DNA from: Wolbachia endosymbiont of Dirofilaria (Dirofilaria) immitis
GTDB taxonomy: Bacteria > Pseudomonadota > Alphaproteobacteria > Rickettsiales > Anaplasmataceae
Direction: 5' to 3'
DNA length: 32,000 nt
Assembly: GCF_013365455.1 (NCBI RefSeq)
Contig: NZ_CP046578.1
Coordinates: forward strand, 780,001 to 812,000
The notes under the pieces were generated by a model that made no database searches, had not been told where the DNA came from, and worked only from the letters and a program-made list of their open reading frames with translations. Position numbers and translations under genes: made by a program. Positions 10,626-19,069 of the stretch are shown here, in pieces (positions within the stretch are counted from its first letter, which is position 1; every line of letters starts with the position of its first letter).

Positions 10626-11515
10626 TCAATAGATCTATATCTTTAGCCATAAAAATAGAACTAAAACTGCTAATAAATTTTACCAGCTTTCCAAGCACGA
10701 AAATAAAGATATATAATCATCTTCAGTTTTATTACAAATTAAAACGACAAAAGTATTATGTAATCGGCATTTCATGCTTAATTTTTCACATTATATATAC
10801 CTTCATGTCTCTACGAACTTCTAGGTTTTTTACCTATATCAGCCATAGCATTTAAGATAGCATAGAACACTAATCTGTAAGATAAAACATAATTATCTAT
10901 CACAAGGTTACTTTTGCCTTTTTTACTCGACAAATTCCTTAGATATTAAAGTAACTTATATACAAACACTTGTTTTACAATAAATGGTATCACTCCAAAA
11001 TGCATGGACGCTGTGGAACCTATATTTTTTCTTCTCTAGATTTCAGTGTCAAGTACTGGATTATAGATAGTCTGTAGTAATCCATTATAACTTGAAGAAA
11101 AAAAAAGAACAAAAAGTATGCTTTCACTATGAAAAAAACTCACATAAAAAAACAATAATAAAGGCATATCACCTGAAAAATAACCAAATAATAAAAACAT
11201 TCATATTGTACTTGCAGTAGGTTATATTCTCTCAAAATAGAGTACATCTTTACAAGAGTAAAATAACATCGAGATTGGTGGTAGGAGCCAGGGTTATTTA
11301 CTTCACTTTGTTATAGCAATTGCTGAATTGCATTTAGACTTTCTATTAAGCATAGTTACTACTCATTAATGTGAATCCCATATTAATATGAGCATATTAA
11401 ACAAATGACGGTAAAAATTAAATATGCAGTACTTACAGTGAACAAGTGAATACAGCTCTTGCTCATTAAGGTGAAAGTTATTATAATTAAAAATTGTTTA
11501 AGAAGTATTTAGTTG

Positions 11516-11893
11516 ATGTATACTCAATTGAGTAGAGTTTTGATTTTTGTAGCTTTGCTGAGCCTTAGCTTTACATCATATTCTAGCAAGGCAAGTTCAG
11601 TAGATGCCGAATTACAAGATATACAAGAAACGGTAAAAAACTTTATTTCTTCATTCTCAGTCAAAGATGCTGTAGAGAGTATGAGTCCATCAACAATCAT
11701 AGGGTTATGCATAACCCTAGTAATATTTGCAATAGTGTTCAGGAGCTTAATCTTTTTCATGATAATGTTTGGTGTGTTGATTATGATACTTGGTAGCACA
11801 GAAAAAGCAACTGATTACCTGAAAGAGAAATTCACCTTTTCAAAAGGTACAAGCTTGCAACCTGATAGCAAGAAAAAAGACAAAGATCATTAA
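11516..11893 (+). CDS. Small exported membrane protein with VirB2/TrbC-pilin-like topology (candidate only)
   Basis: Signal-peptide-like N-terminus (MYTQLSRVLIFVALLSLSFTSYSSKASS). About 40 hydrophilic residues follow. Then a hydrophobic hairpin of two helices split by FRS (TIIGLCITLVIFAIVF-RS-LIFFMIMFGVLIMILG), and a Lys-rich tail. It lies 50 nt upstream of virB4. It lacks the VirB3 signature. I take the ATG at 11516 rather than the TTG at 11513. The confidence value refers to the functional call; as a CDS it is more likely real. Confidence 0.4.
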   Translation: MYTQLSRVLIFVALLSLSFTSYSSKASSVDAELQDIQETVKNFISSFSVKDAVESMSPSTIIGLCITLVIFAIVFRSLIFFMIMFGVLIMILGSTEKATDYLKEKFTFSKGTSLQPDSKKKDKDH

Positions 11894-11943
11894 ATATCAC
11901 TTATAGCATTTTAGTTACCTTTATTAAATACAAATAGTGTCGT

Positions 11944-14304
11944 ATGCAACCAAAAATACTAACAATTAACCCTAAGCTTGGAGGAAAAAATAAGCTAAGC
12001 TTAGCATTATTAAAAAATATTGATTTAGATTTTATTCCTTATTCCTGCCATTATAATGAAGAAACCATACTAACAAAACAGGGAGAATTGTTAAAAATAA
12101 TCAAGTTAGAAGGTTACTTCTCTGCTGATAATTATAGTGACCTTAGAACCGAGATTAGAAAAAGCATATTAAAAAACATCAATAGCTTACATTTTACTGC
12201 CTGGATTCATACTGTTAGAAAGCGTAATAAACTCCGCTTAAAATGGAACAAAACTGGAGACTTTTCTGATAAGCTACACTCAGCCTGGTTTAACAAACTC
12301 ACTAGTAGTAAATTACAGTATATAAATGAGCTATATATTGTACTAGTATTTAGCAATTTTGGCAAGCATGTAAATAATGCATTTTTTCTCAGCAGAATAA
12401 AGAACAAACATAAGCTATCTTTAAGAGAAAATCATCACGAATTAAAGAAGGTAACTGACTTAATTCAAAATGATCTAGAACCTTTTGGGGCTAAAAAGCT
12501 CGGTCTTAGGTTTAGTGATGGTAAAGTATATTCTGAAATGACAGAATTTCTTCATTACATTGCTACACTAACACGTAAAGATTACCCAATATGCGAAACA
12601 GATTTATCGCAATATATTAAAGATTTAAGAATAGCTTTTGGCTTTAATACATTTCAAACAATATTTGAAAATCAACAAAAGTTTGGCTCTATCTTTTGCA
12701 TAAAAGAATACCGAGAAGTTCCATTAGAAAATATAGATAGATGCTTACAGCTTGACTCTGAGTTTATTATCACGGAAATAATAATATTTATTAGTAACAA
12801 TAAAGCAATCAAAGAGTTTAAAAACCAAATCAATATGCTGCAAATCAGCGAGGATAATACCCTACTTCAAAATTCAGGAATAAATGAAATAATGGAACTT
12901 GAACAAACTTCTGCTATTGACTTTTGTCAACAGAAAATTATTTTTACAATTTTTGCAGATAACAGAAATAGATTAGCTGAAAATATTACTAGCCTATCCT
13001 CAGTAATGTCATCAATTGGTTTAATGATGTTCAGAACTGATTTGCATATGGAAAATCATTTTTGGGCACAACTTCCGTGCAATTTTACCTTTGTCACACA
13101 ACCGAAAAGCATATTAGCAAAATATGCTTGTAGCTTTGCTATGTTACATGACTTTACATCAGGCACACTAAAAGGAGGAAGGTGGAAAGAAGCAGTAACG
13201 ATCTTTTTTTCAAAAAAAGGAAGCCCTTATTTTTTTAATTTTCATGGAAAGAAAAACAATGGCCACACTACAATACTTGGAGCTCCAAATTCAGGTAGAA
13301 CTTCACTAATTAATTTCTTACTATCAGAGTCAAGAAAATTTGATCCTAGGATTATTATATTGGACAACACTGGAAAATCAATAATCTTCACTAAAGCAAT
13401 GAGTGGTAAATACTACATAATCGATCCAAAATATAAAGATAAAAGCTTAAAATTTAACCCATTAAATATCGAAGATAGCGTTTCTAATCGCAATATGCTG
13501 ATTGAGTTAATCAAAAGAATGGTAGACAATACAAGCCTAATAGACATAGAAGAAAAGATAAAAAAAATCGTAGATTTTATATTCACTATACCAAAAGAAT
13601 CCCGCTCTATTTCTCAAATTTCTGAGGCGCTTTTACTTCTTGGTGGTCAAATAAGCAAATGGTGTGGTGATGGTGAGTTTGCTTATTTACTTCAAGACGG
13701 TAGTGAATCTTACATTGATTGGAAAACAAAAATTATATCTCTCAACACTGCAAACCTAACAAAACGAAAGGAATGTATGTCTGTAATATTTTACTATTTT
13801 TTACACTCTTTTGAAGCAAAATGTGATGGCTCACCTGTAATACTTGTTTTGGATGAAGCATGGGAAATAAGCAATATTTTCTCCACAGAGAAAGAGTTTG
13901 ACAACTGGATACAAAAAATGACAAAATTAAATGTCGTAGTAATTTCAAGTACTGAAAACCTAAATCTAGCATTTGCTAGCAAATTTACTCAATATTTAGA
14001 CAAACACGTTGATACAAGAATTCTTATGCCAAATTTTAATGCAAATAGATTATACATGAAAGCATTTTCTCTATCAAAAGAGGAACTAAATACAATTCTG
14101 CAAACTCCAACACAGGAAGGCTTATTCTTAATAAAGCAACATAAGGGGTTAGTAACTTTAAATTTAGATTTAAAAAATATGCAAGAAATGCACGTGCTTT
14201 CAGCCAATAAAAAGACTATAAAGTATATGTACGAAGCAATAAGAGAAAAAGGCGAAGAAGTTAATAAATGGCTACCAGTGTTTTATGAAAAGTGCAAGGT
14301 TTAA
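11944..14304 (+). CDS. virB4: Type IV secretion ATPase VirB4 (CagE/TrbE family), apparently a divergent second paralogue (VirB4-2 / RvhB4-II-like)
   Basis: 786 aa, typical VirB4 length. N-terminal domain IPYSCHYNEETILTKQGELLKIIKLEGY. Walker A position reads GAPNSGRT (13279-13302), Arg where Lys is expected. Walker B is VILVLDEAWE (DE at 13852-13857). The neighbours are not virB3 or virB6. Confidence 0.9.
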   Translation: MQPKILTINPKLGGKNKLSLALLKNIDLDFIPYSCHYNEETILTKQGELLKIIKLEGYFSADNYSDLRTEIRKSILKNINSLHFTAWIHTVRKRNKLRLKWNKTGDFSDKLHSAWFNKLTSSKLQYINELYIVLVFSNFGKHVNNAFFLSRIKNKHKLSLRENHHELKKVTDLIQNDLEPFGAKKLGLRFSDGKVYSEMTEFLHYIATLTRKDYPICETDLSQYIKDLRIAFGFNTFQTIFENQQKFGSIFCIKEYREVPLENIDRCLQLDSEFIITEIIIFISNNKAIKEFKNQINMLQISEDNTLLQNSGINEIMELEQTSAIDFCQQKIIFTIFADNRNRLAENITSLSSVMSSIGLMMFRTDLHMENHFWAQLPCNFTFVTQPKSILAKYACSFAMLHDFTSGTLKGGRWKEAVTIFFSKKGSPYFFNFHGKKNNGHTTILGAPNSGRTSLINFLLSESRKFDPRIIILDNTGKSIIFTKAMSGKYYIIDPKYKDKSLKFNPLNIEDSVSNRNMLIELIKRMVDNTSLIDIEEKIKKIVDFIFTIPKESRSISQISEALLLLGGQISKWCGDGEFAYLLQDGSESYIDWKTKIISLNTANLTKRKECMSVIFYYFLHSFEAKCDGSPVILVLDEAWEISNIFSTEKEFDNWIQKMTKLNVVVISSTENLNLAFASKFTQYLDKHVDTRILMPNFNANRLYMKAFSLSKEELNTILQTPTQEGLFLIKQHKGLVTLNLDLKNMQEMHVLSANKKTIKYMYEAIREKGEEVNKWLPVFYEKCKV

Positions 14305-17131
14305 TTTTTCATTGATATTTTTTTTGATATTTGGCCTGTCATATCAAGGATGTGCTGATTGTCCGCCTCTTGTAAAGAGCAATACTTGGTTTGAGGCAAT
14401 ACTTGGAGATAATTGGGTAAAAGAAATTAAGGTAATAGCAATAAAAGATCAGGGGATAAACGGTTACTTTAATCCTAAAATTAGAGTATGTGCTTATGAT
14501 GGAAAAAGTTACTGTTATGACTTACAAAGTGGAGAATTTTGCCGTCAAATATATGGAACACAAAGTACAGGTGCTGGAGTGTCAGCAGCAGCTTTTATTG
14601 ATTGGGAAGGAGATAAGACATTCGTTGGAGCAAAAATGGGGGAAGGCCTTGAATGGGAATGGGCAGAAGGTGTGATTAGTAGTGATATGTCTGATGAAGA
14701 AAAAAAGAGACTTGCTAGACTTCCCAAAATATGTGCTTGTAGTCAAAAGGGGGCTTGTAGATCCGGATTTGCAAAACTTTGGGATTTTAACATTACAGAT
14801 TATAGTAACCTTTGCGACACTTGTTATCAAACAAAAGTAAAATGTGCTCCTGTACCACCTGCTCCTAGTCCGCCTCCATTTTGTGAACAATTTACGATGT
14901 CACCTCCCAAGGTCAAAATTGTCCCTATAACGAATAAAGATAATGATTACTTCGACCCTAAGGTTAAGGTAATAGTTAGCAATCTAACAATAGAAAATGG
15001 AAAAATTGAAAAAGAGTTAGATTTTCCAAAAAAGTACAAAGTAGACAAGGACGAGGAGCTCCCTACTACAGATAAAGTCAAGAAGCATTCTGTTTTAGAT
15101 AAAGATGGCACCACATATTATTTCACAACATACAGAGAAAAAGGCAAACTCTGCGCTGAGTATTATGGAACTCAAGGTATAAATAAGAAAAATCTGCAGT
15201 TCGCACGTTGCTTTCCAGCACCACTAGCTCCAGAACCTGAGGTAGTAGAGATAGTACAAAGCAACATGCAAGGAGAACAGAATAACACGTTAAAGATAAG
15301 AATAAAGATGGGCAAAAAAAATTGCATGAGGCAAGTAAACAAAAAGTACGAAGATGGTTTTTGCACTTTTGATGTTAACACTAACTCTACTACAAACATT
15401 GGCCCTCTGTCTTTAACAGTAATAAAGCCGGCAATAGCAGCGAAAACAACTAGTAGTAATCACAATAAAAGCAATATTGACAATATTATAGAAGGTATAC
15501 TAGAAAGTAATTCACAACAATTTAAAGTTCTGAAAAAATATAGCTATGTTCCTGATACTAAAGAAGAATGTGAAGAACTTAATGCAGAAGGTAAGTGCAA
15601 ATTAGATAATTTAGGGCACCCAAAAGTAAAAGTAGAGTATAAAAAAAATATCAAAAGCAAAATGCTCTGTCTTTCCGGCTGGAAGCCAGAACCAGAGGAA
15701 TACATACTTAAAAGAGAAAATGAAATAATACCACTAAAGCTCATGGAGGCAAGATATATTAAATACGATACTGTTTATTCAAAAGAATCAAATCAGTTCT
15801 ATTACCTTCCAAGCAAGGAAAAGAAAATAGTTAATCTTCTACAAAAGCCTCAAGAAAAGTTGGACAGAATAATATTTAACAGGCAAGGATATATTTTCTT
15901 TCCTGATAAAAATAAGCAAAAGAAGGGAGAATGCAGCTACTGTGTAAATCAAAATAATAAGATAGACGAGGCATTTGTATCTGGTAAAGGGCTGAAAGCA
16001 GCATATAAATTAATGGATGAAAAGCATGAAGAAAAAAATTGTAATCAGGATGATTATGGTTGCATTTGCATTAATGGAATGTGTAGTCGTTCAACACAAT
16101 ATTTAAATAAAAAAGACAATAATCCATTCTACTTGAAGTATGAAGAAGCGGATTGTAAAGACGAGAGTACTAATGAAATACAAAAGTGCATACGATTAAA
16201 AGATCAACCGGTCAAAGTAGATAGAGCAGAGGTTTTTTATGCTGATAAGTTATGTAAGCTTGATTTGGAAGGTTTAAAAAAAAGATTAGAGGAAATAACT
16301 AAGAAACAACTGAAGCAAGAACTTGAAAAAAAGAGCGAAAAATTATATGACTCTAAAAATAGAGATATTTATACAGATGATTTATCAATAATATTTGATT
16401 ATGTTGAAATAGAAGCATGGGGGAGTGGTGAAGCAGGTCATATAGCAGGTAAATCTGTTAACTGTAAACCTCATGTATGTTCTACTAAGAGTAGAGCAGG
16501 AATGCCAGGAGATTATATTAAGGCTAAACTAAGAATTGATCCCGACTATCCTCTAATTAAGATTAGAGCTACAGAGGAAGAAAGTAATAACGAAAATCGC
16601 ATCTCAAGTAAAGATGCAGGGTCTACCTTCATAGAAATGTGTAGTTTAGATAAACAAGATTGTAAGAAATTAATCACCGTTGCAGGTGGAGGTAAACATA
16701 GAATATATAATTCTGAAGATACAAGTTATAAGAAAACAGCAATTGATAAAGAGCATTTAAGACTAGAAGGAAAGGTAATAACAGTAAATATATTGGAATC
16801 TATACAAGACAATCAAATTACATATATAGAAAATGGTGAAATCAAGCACAAAACGGTAAGCTGTACCGGTAGTTTCAGAAGCAGTATACCTGGTGCAGGT
16901 GGTTGTATTGACAAAAGCAGAGGAATTTATAGCAAAGGCTCTTCAGGATATGTGAAGATCAAGCCTATTATCGAGAAATTCGATAAAAAAGAAATAAATG
17001 ATGCCATTGAAAAAGTGATAAAAGATCTTTATACCCTCAAGGCCATGACTAATTTTTCAGTGGGTAGCTTTAATATAAATATAAGAGAGAAAATCGAAGA
17101 GGAATTCAGAAAAGAACTGCTAGGGTTATAA
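14285..17131 (+). CDS. 948-aa exported cysteine-rich protein with internal repeats and a C-terminal glycine-rich domain; family unknown
   Basis: The ATG lies 20 nt inside the virB4 3' end. Signal peptide MKSARFNFSLIFFLIFGLSYQG followed by Cys. 34 Cys by my count. No further TM helix. Two Pro-rich linkers. Repeated YFxPKxxV...YYGTQ modules. Coiled-coil-like stretch at aa 661-688. Gly-rich motifs at aa 703-895. Confidence 0.85.
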   Translation: MKSARFNFSLIFFLIFGLSYQGCADCPPLVKSNTWFEAILGDNWVKEIKVIAIKDQGINGYFNPKIRVCAYDGKSYCYDLQSGEFCRQIYGTQSTGAGVSAAAFIDWEGDKTFVGAKMGEGLEWEWAEGVISSDMSDEEKKRLARLPKICACSQKGACRSGFAKLWDFNITDYSNLCDTCYQTKVKCAPVPPAPSPPPFCEQFTMSPPKVKIVPITNKDNDYFDPKVKVIVSNLTIENGKIEKELDFPKKYKVDKDEELPTTDKVKKHSVLDKDGTTYYFTTYREKGKLCAEYYGTQGINKKNLQFARCFPAPLAPEPEVVEIVQSNMQGEQNNTLKIRIKMGKKNCMRQVNKKYEDGFCTFDVNTNSTTNIGPLSLTVIKPAIAAKTTSSNHNKSNIDNIIEGILESNSQQFKVLKKYSYVPDTKEECEELNAEGKCKLDNLGHPKVKVEYKKNIKSKMLCLSGWKPEPEEYILKRENEIIPLKLMEARYIKYDTVYSKESNQFYYLPSKEKKIVNLLQKPQEKLDRIIFNRQGYIFFPDKNKQKKGECSYCVNQNNKIDEAFVSGKGLKAAYKLMDEKHEEKNCNQDDYGCICINGMCSRSTQYLNKKDNNPFYLKYEEADCKDESTNEIQKCIRLKDQPVKVDRAEVFYADKLCKLDLEGLKKRLEEITKKQLKQELEKKSEKLYDSKNRDIYTDDLSIIFDYVEIEAWGSGEAGHIAGKSVNCKPHVCSTKSRAGMPGDYIKAKLRIDPDYPLIKIRATEEESNNENRISSKDAGSTFIEMCSLDKQDCKKLITVAGGGKHRIYNSEDTSYKKTAIDKEHLRLEGKVITVNILESIQDNQITYIENGEIKHKTVSCTGSFRSSIPGAGGCIDKSRGIYSKGSSGYVKIKPIIEKFDKKEINDAIEKVIKDLYTLKAMTNFSVGSFNINIREKIEEEFRKELLGL

Positions 17132-17803
17132 CATAAACCATAGTAACTTTAACTGTTACTTAGAATAGCTAAAATTCAGGCCTTGTCAATAGAGAGGGCA
17201 GCTTAATGTTTAAGTACCATGTATTACTTAGCTTAGGCTATACATAAGCGTGCTACAAGTTAAATATCCAATTTAATCATTCTTTGTTGTATCACTGATA
17301 GTGTCAATTAGAAGACTCAAATATCAAGGTATTATAAACTAATTGAACATAACAAAAAGAGGAAATTTATTATGGTAACATGATATGCATAAAAAGTAAA
17401 ACAAAAAATGAAGCCAAAAAAGAAAGCAGCAAGCTTTTCAAGTTAATTACTAAGATGAATGACCGCTAAGAGAACAAAGAAATACCATACAGGAACTTTA
17501 AACTTGCCTACTAAAGAGATATCAAGTGGTTTCTATGGACAAAAGCCTAGCTACAAAAGAAAAAGATAATTACAGAAAGCTTAGAAAAATACTATTAATT
17601 CAGACCTTTTATCAATTTAATCAACTCCTCACATAAACTTTTTCTGTATCCATGCTTTGCATTCCGGAAAAGATAGCAAACACTATTCTTCACTACATTT
17701 CTCTATTCCCATCATATATAAACTCATTCATAAAATTTAAGATTAGATTGACATAAGATAAAGAGTAAATTAAAAATTGAACAGATCTTTAAATACAAAG
17801 TCA

Positions 17804-19069
17804 ATGCCCATAGAAATATTAATGCCTGCTCTCTCACCGACAATGAGCAAAACTGGAGGAAAAATCGTAAAATGGCATAAGAAAGAACAAGATAAAATTG
17901 AAGTAGGTGATGTAATTGCCGAAATAGAAACTGACAAAGCCATAATGGACCTTGAATCTGTAGATAAAGGAGTTTTAGCAAAAACTTTAGTGTCAGAAGG
18001 AGTAAGTGGCGTGCCTGTAAATCAACCAATAGCTATAATGCTGAAAGAAGGGGAAGATTGGAACGCACTTGATAACTACGTTTTAGCTTCTATTACCAAC
18101 ATTGAAACCAAAAGGGAAATTGAAACCAATCTTCCAACATCATCCAACTTTTCAATGTCGCCTCAGTCCTTGACACCAAGACCTAGAAAAGAAGAAGGTA
18201 CTAAGATAGTAGTAGAAGGTAGAGTAAAAATAAGCCCATTAGCTAAAAAAATAGCTCAAAGTGAAGGTGTTGATATAACGCAATTAAAAGGTACAGGTCC
18301 ATATGGGCGCATCATTAAAGCTGACATATTGGAATTTTTATATGGTAGTACCCAAACCGAGAGCAACAAAAGGTCAAGCGAAGACATTGTAATCGAAGTA
18401 AGCAACATGCGCCGAGTGATAGCACAGCGTCTGATTGAATCTAAGCAGAATATTCCACATTTTTATTTAACTGTGGACTGCCAGGTTGATAATCTTATAT
18501 CGCTCAAAAACGAGATTAACTCAACAGACGAAAACAATAAAGTGACAATTAATGATTTAATCATTAAGGCTGTAGCTTTTAGCATAAAAAAAATTCCTGA
18601 CATAAACTCTTCGTGGATAGATAACAAGATAGTAAAATATTCAAATATAGATATCTCAGTCGCTGTAGCACTTGAAGATGGGTTAATTACTCCTATAGTG
18701 AAAAATGCTGACAAAAAAAGCATTTTATCTATATCAAAAGAAGTGAAAGCTTTAGTAAACAGAGCAAGATCAGGAAAATTGAGACCCGAAGAATTTCAAG
18801 GAAGAGGGTTCACTATCTCTAACTTAGGGATGTTCGGTATAAAAGCCTTCAGTGCTATCATTAATCCGCCGCAGTCTTGTATCATGGCTGTTGGTGCAGC
18901 CAAAAAGCAGCCAATTGTTATAAATGAAAAAGTAGAGATTGCAAAGACAATGATAGTAACACTCTCTGCTGACCATAGAACAGTGGATGGAGCAATGGGA
19001 GCAAAATTTTTAAACGCCTTTAAGCACTACATAGAGAATCCTCTAGCAATGCTTATTGAAGTTGTATAA
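17804..19069 (+). CDS. pdhC: Dihydrolipoyllysine-residue acetyltransferase, the E2 component of pyruvate dehydrogenase
   Basis: Lipoyl domain (IEILMPALSPTMSKTGGKIVKW, IETDKAIMDLES). E3/E1-binding domain (ISPLAKKIAQSEGVDITQLKGTGPYGRIIKADI). Catalytic LSADHRTVDGAMGA. The ORF track starts at a TTG at 17777; I prefer the ATG at 17804. Confidence 0.9.
   Translation: MPIEILMPALSPTMSKTGGKIVKWHKKEQDKIEVGDVIAEIETDKAIMDLESVDKGVLAKTLVSEGVSGVPVNQPIAIMLKEGEDWNALDNYVLASITNIETKREIETNLPTSSNFSMSPQSLTPRPRKEEGTKIVVEGRVKISPLAKKIAQSEGVDITQLKGTGPYGRIIKADILEFLYGSTQTESNKRSSEDIVIEVSNMRRVIAQRLIESKQNIPHFYLTVDCQVDNLISLKNEINSTDENNKVTINDLIIKAVAFSIKKIPDINSSWIDNKIVKYSNIDISVAVALEDGLITPIVKNADKKSILSISKEVKALVNRARSGKLRPEEFQGRGFTISNLGMFGIKAFSAIINPPQSCIMAVGAAKKQPIVINEKVEIAKTMIVTLSADHRTVDGAMGAKFLNAFKHYIENPLAMLIEVV

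Noticed and set aside
11362-11475. Direct repeat CTCATTAA(T/G)GTGAA (11362-11375 and 11462-11475) and 12-bp palindrome CATATTAATATG (11379-11390) upstream of the virB2-like ORF. A TTGCTC-17nt-TATAAT promoter-like pair also lies at 11459-11487.
   Set aside because: My rough estimate is about one 13/14 repeat pair per 900 bp, and about 20 perfect 12-bp palindromes per 32 kb, by chance in DNA this AT-rich. TATAAT hexamers are abundant. This is worth testing only if TSS data point here.
14345-14356. Calling the 948-aa protein a lipoprotein because a Cys follows the signal peptide (LSYQG-C).
   Set aside because: The -3 to -1 residues (Y-Q-G) are a poor lipobox, since L/V/I is expected at -3. I keep only 'exported, possibly lipidated'; a dedicated predictor is needed.
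11516-17131. Reading the ORFs flanking virB4 as the classical virB3 and virB6 of a sodB-virB3-virB4-virB6 operon.
   Set aside because: The upstream ORF has a cleavable-looking signal peptide and lacks the VirB3 N-terminal signature. The downstream ORF has no internal TM helices, whereas VirB6 proteins are polytopic.
17141-17161. Hairpin TAGTAAC-7nt-GTTACTA just after the 948-aa ORF, considered as an intrinsic terminator. Similar A/T-only stems lie after trpS (about 22171-22195).
   Set aside because: The stems are short and AT-only, and neither has a clean intrinsic-terminator layout of stable stem plus trailing U-tract. Predicted stability is too low to call a terminator.
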